A DNA stretch of 64,000 nucleotides, taken from the NCBI GenBank assembly GCA_013239625.1, contig MU053758.1, positions 620,001 through 684,000 of the forward strand, written 5' to 3'. The stretch's first letter is position 1; each line of letters opens with the position of its first letter. The position numbers were made by a program, and so were the translations under genes. The stretch is from Lama guanicoe. Its lineage: Eukaryota. This document shows positions 1-12,066 of the stretch, one piece after another. A model generated the notes under the pieces. That model had not been told where the DNA came from. It was given only the letters and a program-made list of their open reading frames with translations, and ran no database searches.

Positions 1-1323
1 GGAGTCTGAGTTGAAAAGGGTTTAGGGAGAAAGAGAAGGAGAAGGTCAGGACCCTAGTCTGGGATGGGTGGGAGCATTACCTGGCCTACATAAATAGAAC
101 TGGGAAGAGTCTGGATTCAGGGGCAGATTTGATGGGGCTGGAGGCAGCAGACCTGAGGGAGAGGGGGCTCCAAACTCTGCAGGCCCCCTATCTGTGAGTG
201 TTGGAGAATCCCACACTCAGTATGGGAAGCAAGTATGTCCTTCTCCCTCACCTGGGAAGTGAAGGGGGTAAATGTGGAGTGGGTGAGTTCACCCCCAATC
301 TAGTGCTCCAGAATTCAGGCCAAAGTCTTGGAATTTCTGAGAGATGGGGAAAGGATTACTTCTTCCTTGGAGAGGAAAGGGGACATGAAGGAGAAGGAAG
401 AGGGTAGAATGATATTGGTAGCTTGTGAATTCAACCTGCTTTGGAGGATGGGGAATGGCAGGAGAAGGCTGAAGGACTTGCTGTCTGGGACAGCCCAGAG
501 CTAGTGGGGAGAGCTGGGCGCCAGTCCCACAGGCCCCTGCTCCTATGCTTCCAACTCCTCCCTCCTTCTCATCTCCCCTCCCCCTGCTGCCTTCGCCTGT
601 GACATGGAGGCCTGATCTACACTCCCTCCTTTCCTCTCCATTCTCTCAGCCCCCTTTAGGTCTTTGTTTCTTCTGGCCCTGGGGATACCCCCTCCTCTTC
701 CCTTTCCCCAACTTACACACAGACTCTTCCCCAGGAGACAAAAGCACAGAGACCATCCCTCCACCATTATCTTTTAGTCAGTCACTGGCCCCTCACCGAA
801 TATCCCTATGTGAGTCCTGGTGCCCTCCATCCAGGCATATAGGCCTACCCCCCAAACTCAGCAGGTTTGTTGTTGTTTTTAAAACATACATTTGGTTCAT
901 TTAGCCATAAAGCACCCTGCATCTTACCAGTTCTGCACACACACCCCTCATTTGCTTCTGTGCTGTTCAGGAGATGGGATAGAATGCATTTGATGGCAGC
1001 GCTTTAGGAATGCTGCTGACTCTATCTTCTCTCCAGACTCTGCTAATGTCCACTTTTTCTATATAATTATAGTGTTTATCCCTGTGCCTTTAAGCTGGGC
1101 TGCCAATGCTTTAATAACCAGAGGAGTTAAATAGAACGATGAGGAGGGAGAGGTTGAAGAAAAAAGAGGAGGCCCCAGAGAGAGACCAAGCAGTAAGATC
1201 CCTTTCTGAGGTGGGAAGTCAAGGCAGAGCCAAGGAGAGGATGGCAGGGAGAATGGAGGCAAAGGCCAGTCAGAGGGGCCGGGAGGCTGTCCTGGCAAAG
1301 GGAGCCCCACAACCTGGATGGGT

Positions 1324-1358
1324 ACACACACACACACACACACACGCACACACACACA
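1324..1358. repeat. (CA)n microsatellite
   Basis: acacacacacacacacacacacgcacacacacaca read directly. Confidence 0.95.
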
Positions 1359-2354
1359 ATCAGAGTTAAGTGAGATGGGAAGTGGAAAGGAAACCACTCC
1401 CTTTGCCCTCTCCTCTGTAAAAGACATCTCCATGACAGAGGGATGAGTTTCCCCTGCAGAGGACAAGGACCTAAGGCGAAGGGCTCCACATTTCCCTAAG
1501 GAGAGGGGCAGCCTAATAGGTGAGCCCAGAAGTGATTTCTGGAGACGCTCCTAAGTCCTTAGCAAAGGCTCAACTCAAATTCACTTAAGACAAAGAGAGA
1601 AGCAGAGTGTGAGAAGACAAAGGAACTGGGAAGAGACAGAGACCACAGAGATGGTTAAAAAAGGCAGAGAGAGAAGAGAAAAACAGAGACAGAAATACGG
1701 AGAAAGAGCACATCCCCCTTGGTGGGAGGGGGGGTGGGCACAGATTGAGGAGAGGGCTGTAGGGTCTGAAAGCTCCTCCAGATTCTGTGCCTTCTTAAAG
1801 GCACCAAAACCGAGGCCATTCCAGAAGGAACTGTCCCTGGAATAGGTCCTGGGGGTGCTAAATCAGGTGTGAGGCAAAAGGGGTAGGAACTCAAGTGTCT
1901 GGGAATGGCCAGGGTGTCTTGGGCACTTCAATCTCCTCTCCCACCACCATCATCAGTAACTTAGAGATTGGAATCTCCCAAAAAAGAATTCCACCTTGGG
2001 ATGGGATGGGCGGGCTGCTGGTTGGGGTCTCTCACACCCGGAACCTCAGAATCCTCTCCTGGTCTCTTTCCCCCTCCTGGGTTTGGTTTCTTCTTTCCCT
2101 CTTCAGGGACAGGGAGAAGAAGTTGATCTTCCAGCAGCCTAAGAACTTTCCCTCTCATCTCCAATCCACATCTCCTCCCTTGAACCCCTAGCCTGAACAA
2201 ACGGATGCTACCCTGACTAATCTCCCTCCCCCATCCTTCAGGAAAGAAAAGGAGAAAGGGAAAGAAAGTTCCCACCAGCCTAAGCAGCTTTAGACAACTC
2301 CAGGGAAAATGGAAAACGCAAATCTTTCTCTCTTCTCCAATTCCTCCCATCACT

Positions 2355-2973
2355 CACTGGCCGCCGCTCCGCTCCCTCCAACCATCGCGTCCCCCATCCT
2401 CCCGTCCCGTCCAGCCCAGAACTCTCTCCCTTCCCCTCCCTCCTCCGCCAGGCGGGACATATGGAACCCATTTCGCCGGTGACATTGAAGAGCCGCCGCG
2501 CGCCCTCCTTCCGCCATGGCGCCCCCGCTCTCCCCGGGCCGTGCCTCGCCGGGCCCCTGCCAGTCGCAGCTCCTCCGCCCGGCCGCTCGGCCCGCTCGCG
2601 GAGCGAAGCTGCCACCCGGCTCTGCTCCAGGCCTGCCCGCCTCCCGCAACCCCACGCGGGCCGCCGCGCGCGGAGAGGGCGCCCCGGCTGCTGTCCAGTG
2701 CGGGCCGCGTGCGCGCCGGCCGCCCGCCGCCTCGAGGGCAGAACAAAGCGGCGGCGGCGGCGGGCGGGCTGGGGGCGTGCTTCCGGGCTCTCCCCGCGCT
2801 GGCGGGGCCGGGATGCGGCCGGCCGCCCGTTTCCCACCGGGGTCCCAGGACCCGGGCCTGGCCCGCCGCCCGCCGCTGCCCGCGCCCTAGCGGAGGTCGC
2901 ACAGGTAGGTGTGGGTGCTGAGTGGGCTCCCGGGCCGGCTGGGGTGGAGAGCCTGGGTCCCTGAGACCCCCGC
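2355..2973. promoter_or_regulatory. CpG island upstream of the HOXB3 coding exons; possible alternative promoter or first exon
   Basis: Very GC- and CpG-rich with GC boxes. Strong donor-like CAG|GTAGGT at 2904/2905. The island runs into the N gap. Confidence 0.7.
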
Positions 2974-3153
2974 NNNNNNNNNNNNNNNNNNNNNNNNNNN
3001 NNNNNNNNNNNNNNNNNNNNNNNNNNNNNNNNNNNNNNNNNNNNNNNNNNNNNNNNNNNNNNNNNNNNNNNNNNNNNNNNNNNNNNNNNNNNNNNNNNNN
3101 NNNNNNNNNNNNNNNNNNNNNNNNNNNNNNNNNNNNNNNNNNNNNNNNNNNNN
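2974..3153. other. Assembly gap (180 N)
   Basis: Run of N flanked by GC-rich/poly-G sequence. Confidence 1.
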
Positions 3154-4299
3154 GGGGGGGGGTTCCAGGGGGAGTTGGGAGCTCTGGGTTGTGAGCGAAA
3201 TGTGGGGGGCATTTGCTGGGATGGAGGGCGGCTGGGCGCTGCTCCCACAGTCCAGCTGCCACCATGGCCAGAGCCTTTTAGCACCTCGCGGGTTATTTGA
3301 AGCTGAAACTACAAGGGGTTGCGCTGAGGCCTGGTGTTAAACTGAGAAGGTAGGAGAGGGGGTGATTTATGGCTTCAGAGAAGCTGTGTTTACTCCCTGC
3401 CTGCTCTGGAAACCAAAAACCAAACAGAGCAGAGGCGGGAGAAGCCTCTTTCCTTGGAGTGAGAGGCGATGCCAGGTTGATTTGCTGGGATTTATTTTCC
3501 CAGATGTGGGGAGATGGTGGGAACTGTCTGTTTGCAGGCACAGGAGAGTGTGCAAGCATGCACACGTGTAGGTGTTTTTGTGTATTGAGTGATTTGCACA
3601 TTGTGTGCTCAGGCTGGGGTTTGTCGGGTACAGCGTCACTTTCCAAGTGGGCACACAGGGAGCTCGAAGAGGACTCTGCATTCTCTGGCCTTGGTACTCT
3701 GGGATGGGATAGCTCTGGACACACTGCTGCCCAGTGCTCTCGCCATGGGGTAGTGCTCTGTCCTACCTGTGCTTTCTTTCCTCCCACAGCCACATGCAGC
3801 AGTACCCACTTGGCCTGGTCCCTGGCCCCTGTGTCATCTGCCCACGCCGCCTGATCTTCACTTTGAACCTTTAACTTTGTCATGGGAGACTGAGGAATTA
3901 GTGAGCACAGCTGGGCGGAGAGGAGTGGGGGAGAGGAGAAAAAGGCCTGCGGTGGTGGTGGTAGGGGGGCTTGAGGTTAGCCTGGGTTCCACCAATACTG
4001 CTCAAATTCCCCCAAAGTCTCTGTTTGGGAGGAGGCGAGGGGGCACAAAGGAGAACAGAGCAAAAGAGCCATGCAGGATGATGGGGGTGGGGAGAAAAAT
4101 ATTTTGACCCCCAGATTGTTATTTCCGCAGGCCAACTGGTGGCTCTTGCATTTCTGTCCAGACGCCCGGCTTTGCCTGGAAATTGTTTTGCATTAAATTT
4201 TCTCAGCCGCAGAATTATCTTTCCTCGCCTCCAGCTAAACTTGCATTTTTCCACCAGACACTTGGGCCCCGCACCAATGAAATCTGAGAGGAAGCGGCT

Positions 4300-4400
4300 G
4301 GGCCCTAAGTGGCCGTAATTTAATTGATTTTATCATAAATCATCAACTTGATGAAGAACTCGAGGTTTCAGTGAAGTAAATTGATATTAATGGGAGTTTC
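4300..4400. promoter_or_regulatory. Dense homeodomain / PBX-HOX site cluster (candidate Hox-responsive enhancer)
   Basis: GGCCGTAATTTAATTGATTTTATCATAAATCATCAA includes TCATAAATCAT (reverse complement ATGATTTATGA) at 4333-4343 and several TAAT cores. Confidence 0.55.
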
Positions 4401-5069
4401 TTGAAATGCAAACTCGTTGCATTGTTGGGGCATCTTGAGCTGGGGAGGTAGATTACATGTGTCCCAGAGCATAGAGCCTGGACCCAGAGCCCAGCACAGC
4501 TTTAGGGGGTCAGGAAAGCAAGCTGTGAGGGGCAGCTGCAGGCAGACCAATTTCTGTAGGGGAGCAAGGCAGAGAATGGAACTTTGTCGGGGAGGGAGCA
4601 GAGTCTGACTCTATGAACCCTGCTGACAGTCTTGAGAATGCTGGTCTCCAAGTGGGGGAAGACGGTTGGAGAAGCTGGTAGGTGTGTGGGCAGAGTTGGG
4701 GGTCGGGTGAGAAGGCCAGGCTGGTACAATGGGTGCATTGACTCCTGGTTAAAAATTGCCAGGTTGAAGCCTTCTTCCTCTAATTACACAAATTAATTAT
4801 TTACTGCTCAGGATGCTGTGTCCAAAAATAGCACTTTCAATTTGGTGATGAGGGTGGAACACAACCCACCCTCAACACTGAAGAGCAGTAAAAATCAGTG
4901 CACCAGCCTCTGTGGGGACCAGGAGGTCCAGGAGTTGGACTGGTACTCAGCAGTGGGAGTGTATGCATTTAACTCCTAGGAGGAAATAGTTTGCGTTTGG
5001 CTGAGATGGTGTCCATTGTCTGACTCAGTTTATTACTGCTTATTTTTGCCCACTTTCACATCAGTACAC

Positions 5070-5370
5070 AGAGAACCACAAACTGTCAGCCCAAAATAGG
5101 ACCTCGGAAGATCATTTAGCCCAAGCCCTCCCCTCCATACATATGCTCTGGCTTTACAGAAGGGGACAACTGAGGCCCAGTGAGTTCTCTGCTTCAGATC
5201 CCACAGCCAATCTGGACTGCCTAGAATCCGAGCCTCCTGATTCCCAAGGCTATCCCAAGTATGACTTTAGACAAGTCACTCCCTGGCTCTGGGCCTCAGT
5301 TTCTCTATCTGTAACAATGGAAGGGTTGGCCCTCCCTGAGTTCTTCCTAGTTCTGACCTTGAGTGACTCT
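5070..5370. mobile_element. Degenerate MIR SINE fragments
   Basis: MIR core motifs ttacagaaggggacaactgaggcccag and ctctgggcctcagtttctctatctgtaacaatgg; boundaries approximate. Confidence 0.7.
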
Positions 5371-8300
5371 CTAGTGCTTGGGAGCAGCTCTGCATCTGGG
5401 TATAGAAATCACTGCATGCGTATTTGCAATATACAGGGAGTTTGTATATTTCAGAGCAGTGGTTGCTCACTCTGACTGGCTCTAGTAAATCCACTGGAAT
5501 CTGGACTATTCCTCATTCTGAAAGTGTCCTTATTCTCAGCAAAGGAGAAGCCCAGGCTTAGAGCAGAGGAGACAGAAAGCAGTGGGAGGGACTAGTTGGC
5601 TGGGTTGGGCTGGGATTGACACTTGGAGTGGGGCTAAGGAAGGAGGGGGCTCAGCCTCACAGAGCAGGCACTTTCCCTGCCAGGCGTGGAGCTGAGGCTG
5701 GAGTTTCTGGGAATGCAGCTTTTGCAGTTCCTCCTACGCCAGCCCAGGGACTGAACTGTGGTTTCAGAATTTAGATTCTGTGACAACAGGCCACCACTGC
5801 CCTGACCTCCGAGTCTTTGAGCCCTTCCTTCTTGTGAGAGGGCACACACAGGGTACCACAGCACTATACCAGGTCTCCTCTCAGGGCAGCCAGGACAGAA
5901 GACCTGCAAGGTAGATGGCCCCTGTCCTATTTTATTTTCCATATCTTCCCCTAAGTAGGGGAAAAAAGACAAAATTCAAAAGAAGTGGGGACTTCTCAAA
6001 GGTTGCATGGTTGTGAGAAGGGACATTTCTTGTAGGACCAGGGACATGAGGCTAGCAGAGGAGGGGAATTTTCTAGACTACCTTGAAAAGTATGGTCAGG
6101 GATATGAATTCTGATGGATAAAATGGAAGAGATGGGAAACAAATTCATCTTTGGGGTTCTGGAAATCAGTCTCTGGCCAGGTAATCCACTTCTTTAAGTC
6201 TTACCTCAAACTCTATTTTGAGAGAAGAAAGGGAATAAACAAAAGGGCCAGCAGGCCCTGACTCTGGCCCTATCCCATTCTGACTTTGGAGTTTTATATT
6301 TGGAGGCAGTTTGGGAGGCCTTCCGCGGATTGGTCATTAATCCGGTGAGTTATTGTCTGCTAAACAGAGGTCACGGGGAGAGAGACATCCAATCTGTCAG
6401 GAGAGACCTGCACAGTCCCTCTCAGCAGGCTGGGCCCCTGTTCCTCTCTTGCTAAATTCTCCCTTCCTTCCCCAGCAACTCCCCCACCCCACCCCAAGCT
6501 GTCCAAGATTCTCCCTCTTGCCTTCTCCACTCTGTCCACCTTTGTCTCTACATCCTCTGGGGTGGGGGTTGCCAGTCCGGGACTGAGCTAAATGACGTAG
6601 ACCCCAGATTCAGAGGGGCTCAGATGCCAACAAGGTGCCCACCTGCCCTGACTTGGCCCACAGCACCACCATCCGCTTATCAGCGCGTTGGGGCGGCCTC
6701 CGTGGTCTCGGAGCAGACTTTTTAAACCCTCGTGGCCGCCCTGTTTTGTCCTGCCTCCTTTTCCCGCTCTGACGCCTGGTGTGGGGGAGGAGTACAGCTT
6801 GGGTTTTTCTTCTCCAACCTTAGCGGCCTTTTTCTTCTTTCCATCTCCGCTTCTGCCAAGCCGGGTCTACAGAGGTGCGGGGCTTCTTTCCTCTCCGCCT
6901 CTTTGTTCCTTCCAGCTAGGGCATCTTACAGTGGTGGGAGTTGGGGATCCAGAAACCGAGCGCAGTCTTCAGCAGCAATTCCCATTTTACAACCCCTAGC
7001 TTTTAAATCTTTATTAATATTTCAAAGAGATGGAGATTCGGGTGCATGTGCGAACTTTTCAGGAGTCTGCCACAGCCACAAAGTTTGTCAGTGAAGCTGG
7101 AAGAGTGTAGGACGGGGAACCCAGAAAGGACCAGAATGAAAGAGATCGCTAAACGCCTCGCCCTGGACTCCCAGGTCCTGGCTTCTCCGTGAGCCCGGAA
7201 GGCCAGGCAAATCTGGGGCTGCCTTAGCTGGGGGCAGGATCCTTGGTCGTCCCAAGGCTGATATCAGAAATCGATTTTAAAGGAGCCAGCCAGTTTGTCC
7301 TTATTGAGAGGAGAATTTTCGTTTGCTCTTTGATGGTTTTTTGAGGGGAGAGGGAAACAGACATGATCCCCCTAAGGCCTGGAAGAGTGGGCGGCCAGTG
7401 ACCACTAAAGGGGGTTTTAAGGGCTCCAGATTCCCGGGTACTGGGTACGGATTAGGAGGTGGGGAGGGGAGTGCCGGGTGCTCTGGCTCTGGGGAAACTG
7501 AATCAGAGAGGGGGACATTTTCTCTAATTTTTACCTTTATTATTAATTCCTGCCCTTATTAGCTTACACTAAGGTTTCTATGTCTTAATCTTTCAATTTT
7601 TCTTTTTCAATTTCTCTCTCCCACACTTGGTAAGTTGCTCAAGTTTCCTCCATTGAATCCAGGAAAAGACTGTTCCCTCTCCTCTCTCTAGTCTGCCCCT
7701 AAATCACGAATTCACTGTCCAGACCCCAATGTCTTCTCTCAGACGCTTATGGTGATTCCCGCCCTAAGGTCCCTGCCCAGGCCCCTCACTGCCCCTCCTT
7801 TGTCCCCTGAAGTTTGGAGGGTCCCTAGCCTGAAGCGACACCTCAAACAAATTGGGTGCCCTAGGGTTGCCCGTTCTACTCTCTTCTCCTGACCCTCCCA
7901 GCCCCAAACAGGGGCAATCAGTGAACCACAAATCTCCAAGAAAAGGAATAAAAAGGCAAGAAAGAAAACAAACTGGGATCTAATTGCATCGCAAGCATTT
8001 CAAATTGACTCTACTCTCAGAATGAATAAAGAAGCCCCCCACTCCATCTCCTACCGCATTTGTGGGTGCTTATCCTCTGAGGTTTTTCTTCACGTTAGCT
8101 TTCTTGTTCCCAGTCCTCCTTTTCACTCCCACACCACTGCACCTCACCTCCTTGTATAGCCAGAAGGGACCACATGAGCTGAGGCTCTGGGAGGGGAGGG
8201 GTCCACTGCTGTCTCTACCCTCGGCTCAGCTCCAGGCCAACCCTCCTGCAGGCCCGCAGCTGGCTGGGTGCCCTCTGGGTACTCTTTTTATTCCTTGAGG

Positions 8301-9219
8301 CAAAGCTATGCAGTCCCACAGGCTTCCAGGACCTCTTCTCTTAATTTCCTAGAGACCCTCCCTAGCTAAAGGTAGCAACAGCTAGGCGAGCTGGAGGGTC
8401 TGAGATGCCTTCTTGACTTTAACTTTGAAAAGGAAAAGACACAGAGGTGCTGTTCCCTTAAACCTTTGGGAGCCTCCCTGGGCAACCCACCAGCCCCAAA
8501 CATAGGGTCCAACCTAGCAGGTCTCTAACCAGATCTCAGGACAGACTCTGCAGACACTACTCAGGCAGCCCTAACTGCTCTCTCTGAGGATCCTGGCTTG
8601 AACCCCAACACTGGATCTGACTTGGGCATTTTCTTTCCTTGATACTAATAAATACAGAAAAATGGCTTCCACCTTCCTTCTTCACCTCCCCACCACCCTT
8701 CCCTCAGCCACCAACTCCCAGCTCTCTAGGCAGGTGGTAGGATCCTCTGGACATCAGAGTGGGAGGCTCTTCAGGCAGGCAGTTCTTATTGCTGGAAGGT
8801 AGGGAGGCCATGGGTCCCCACATCCACCCTCATTCAGCTGGGCCCCAGGAAACTGCTTCAGTCCACGAAGCTTGACTTGGTGGGCCTGGAAGAAGTGAGG
8901 GCCAGAGAAAGCCAGGGACCACTCCCTAAGAGAGCAGGACCCTTTCTCAGCCCAAAGCTGAGTGAGCTGCTAGAGGGTGTGAAGGAGGCTTTGCTAGACA
9001 CAGCCACCCTCTCCTGGAGGGGAGACAATAGCTGGAAACCATCTCTCACCTTTGTTCTCCCAGTCTCATCTCTCCTGGTTCATCCAGATGGGAGAAGGTA
9101 AAAGCCAAAGATTCTAACCAGGAGGTCACAGGGTAGTGGCTGGCTCTGTCTATGTGGAGTTAAGAGAACAAGTTTTCCAAGCTGCCTTTGTAGAAAAGAC
9201 AGACTGTCGGCCTTCTATT

Positions 9220-9370
9220 TTACCCCCTAAGTCCGGAGTCAGCAGTTGGGCAGTTGCAAACACTCCTGCTTTTGGAAATGTCCTGATGCTCTTTTTGTCT
9301 TGTTCCTCCACCAGGAATGGCTCTTCCCCCACCCCAGCCCCAAATCTGCAGACACCTACATTCTTGCCTC
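9220..9370. promoter_or_regulatory. Likely Hoxb3 rhombomere-5 enhancer with two Maf (kreisler/MAFB) sites
   Basis: AGTCAGCA (reverse complement TGCTGACT) at 9237-9244 and CAAATCTGCAGACACCTACATTCTTG at 9341-9366 resemble the two kreisler sites of the mouse Hoxb3 r5 enhancer as I recall them. An ETS-like CAGGAA lies between them. Confidence 0.7.
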
Positions 9371-10429
9371 CTGGCTTCCTCCTACAGGCCTCCTGCCTTT
9401 TCCTGTCCTTCTCAAATACACCCTAAGAAAAGTTTAGCTTTTGTAGTCCTCACTTGTGCCAAGAATCCTAAAATCTTGCAGACCTAAGAGAAATAAACAG
9501 GTTTGTTCTGAATAATAATAAAAATAACCATCCTCCATCTCTTCTGCCAGTGCATTTAAAATTAAGCCATTTTGCTGGTTCTTCTAATCTTAGAAGTACA
9601 AATGTCCTTATCACCTCTTAGCTTCTTCTGCCTATCTAGAGGTGAGAATCTTAACAGAAACTTCTTAGTCAAGTTCTTACAGCTTCTATTGCCAACCGAG
9701 TCTGGAGCTCAAGCTAAACAGAGTCCTCCTTTTGTCACCCTCTCCTCAATCCCCCTCCCCCTGCAAGATGGTCTGGATTTTTAAAATAATCACTCACCGC
9801 TTGTTGTCTGTTCTCAAAAATGGGGGGAGGGGGGGTGTTAAAAAAAAAAAAGGTCTGGCCTTCCCCTCTACCAGTTGGAAACTGGGCCTGGAGATTTGCC
9901 GGGTGAGAGGAGGAATAGAGAGGGTGTAGGGAAGAGAAGAGACAGAGAATGGGAGACTCAGAAGGAGGGAGCCAGAGCGGGAGGGCGGGAGACCCGCCAC
10001 CAGTCCCGGAGGAGAGAAGCAACTTGGGAAAAAAAGAGTGTTCTCACTTGGAATGAATGCGGAGGAGCACCCAGCACCCCCACCCCACCCCGGGGAGGCC
10101 AGGGCCTTTGACTAGGCCTCCCAAGCGACTTCCCCAATAAGACTAAAAAGGGTTTATTAGTGATGGGGCAGAGGAGCTGTGAACTACACGGGCTTTGCCG
10201 AGTCTTTGCGCTCCTCTTCCTCCCCAGCCAAAACCCTCAATTTAAAAACTTACCTGTTCTTAAAAAGCAAAAACAGAAGTCAAAATCTCTACCTTCTTTT
10301 CTTTCTCACTCTTTTTTTCTTTTTTTTGCCGGGGGCGGGGGGGATATTTAAAAATCCCTCCTCCCCCATCACCACCATCACCTTCTTTCCTTATCAGGCA
10401 TCTAAGCTCGCTAAAGGGGGAGAGGTGGG

Positions 10430-10491
10430 GGTGTGTGTGTGAGCTTGTGTGTGTGAGTGAGTGAGTGAGTGAGTGTGTGTGTGTCTGTGTG
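10430..10491. repeat. Compound (GT)n/(GAGT)n microsatellite
   Basis: Read directly. Confidence 0.9.
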
Positions 10492-10835
10492 GTTTTTTTC
10501 CCTGTGCAAAAGCGGAGGCCATTGTTACGGAGAGTAGGGCGTACCAGTCTTATAGGGCAACCACACTGTGGCGGCTTGGCCGTGCCGGAGCCCGGAGCTG
10601 GATTCTCCGCGAGCTGAGCTGCCCGAGCATCTTTCGGTCTTCTTCTATTTTTTTTCCCGCTCCCCCACCCCCTCCCTCCTGCGCACCCCCGCTCCTAAGC
10701 CGAGTGAATTGAAGCGGACGCCGCGCGGCTCCTCCGGCCGGTCTGCCCCTCGGGCTCCCCAGCCGGGGTGGCTATTGGGGGTGGGGGGGGGCGACGCAGC
10801 TTTAAACAGTGGTCTTTTTTCCCTTTGCCTTCAAG

Positions 10836-10923
10836 GAGGGGAGATTTCTCGCCTGCCGCTCGCGCTGGGGCTCGATGTGAATATATATTATGTCTGCCTG
10901 TTCTCCCCTCGTCGGTGGCTAAG
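10836..10923 (+). other. HOXB3: HOXB3 non-coding 5'UTR exon (88 nt)
   Basis: Polypyrimidine tract plus AAG acceptor ending at 10835 and consensus donor AAG|GTAAGC at 10923/10924. Joining to the 13790 acceptor gives ...GGCTAAG|GTCAAAAG..., resembling the mammalian HOXB3 leader as recalled. Confidence 0.75.
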
Positions 10924-10978
10924 GTAAGCTGGACTGAAATAGGCTATCAGTTTGTGAATGGCGGAGAGTATGTCTCAA

Positions 10979-10988
10979 TGATTTATGG
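10979..10988 (+). promoter_or_regulatory. PBX-HOX bipartite site
   Basis: TGATTTATGG, 19 bp upstream of a DR5 RARE. Confidence 0.7.
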
Positions 10989-11007
10989 CCCATATGACTC
11001 CAATCTC

Positions 11008-11024
11008 GGTTCAAGAAGAGTTCA
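11008..11024 (+). promoter_or_regulatory. DR5 retinoic acid response element (Hox paralogue group 3 type)
   Basis: GGTTCA agaag AGTTCA, two consensus half-sites with a 5-nt spacer. Confidence 0.9.
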
Positions 11025-11053
11025 CAAGCTTTAAGCTTCCTTCCACGCAGCGA

Positions 11054-11121
11054 CTCTCTCTCTCTCTCCTCTCTCTCTCTCTCCCTCCCTCCCTCCTTCT
11101 CTCCCTCTCTCCCTCTCTCTT
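11054..11121. repeat. (CT)n-rich polypyrimidine low-complexity tract
   Basis: Read directly. Confidence 0.85.
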
Positions 11122-12019
11122 CCTGTTTCTTTGCCTCATCCTCTCTTTTCCTTCAGCAGCCAGATTCTGGGCTGAATTTTTCCCGGCTGCTAAGAAGTGC
11201 CTAACCTTTTTCTCTCTTCCTTTCTTTTCTTTTATTTTCCTTCCTTCTATTAATTATTTTTTTGAAGTCCTGGAAGGTGGCCTAGACCCTCTCCCGGGGC
11301 TTCCCTAGCCATTGTTACTCTCCCCGGCTCTTCGAGGGTGTGCCTGGAAAGGTGGGTTTCTTGGGGTGGCTCACCGCCCTTCTCCAGCGAGACCCTGGGG
11401 GGAAGCCGGGAGCCACCGTCTCCTTCCCTCCCTCCCTCTCTCTTGAGAAGCCATATGGAGCCTGGATTTTTCCAACATGGAGGCAAGGGAAATAGACATG
11501 TTTGGCTTGGTAGAGCTGCTCCCCACCCCCCTTCTCCTAGATCCCCAGATCTAGGATCCCCTCCGCATCTTTCCCTCTTCTCACTGTCCCACCAGCCAGG
11601 CCTCTGCGCCCTCCAGCCGAGCACGGCCTGGCAAAGTCCTGGTGTGGAGTTGCTAAGGCGCCTTTTAATTCGGTTACCTCCAGCGCCCAAACTTGCTGCC
11701 GCCCTAGGGCTCGGCCCTTCGCCCGGTGTGCTTGGAACCTGCCGCCGCTAACCGTTTCCGCGTCCTAAACGCTTTCTCTTCGCCTCCTTGGGCCAACATA
11801 GGTAGTCGCCGAGGGCTGAGACAGCCCGGCGGTGGCAGCCTGAGGCTAACTCCATCCACAAACCTTCCTGGCCCTTTCTCGCCGCCGGCGGAGTCTCCAT
11901 TCTTTCCTATCACGTCTCTGGCTTCTCGCTTCCCACACGCTCCTGCCTCGGTCCTGCGATGGTTTGTGGGTTTATTGGCGGGGGAGCGACAGGAATTTCG
12001 GCCCCAGGCGTCTAGTCGA

Positions 12020-12066
12020 ATTATTGTTTTATTATTATTATCATCATCATCATCATCATTACTACT
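12020..12066. repeat. (ATT)n/(ATC)n trinucleotide tract
   Basis: ttattattattatcatcatcatcatcatcattactact. Confidence 0.85.

Noticed and set aside
2280..3340. Long overlapping ORFs in several frames
   Set aside because: Stop-poor CpG island plus an N gap; low-complexity R/G/P/A content with no domain.
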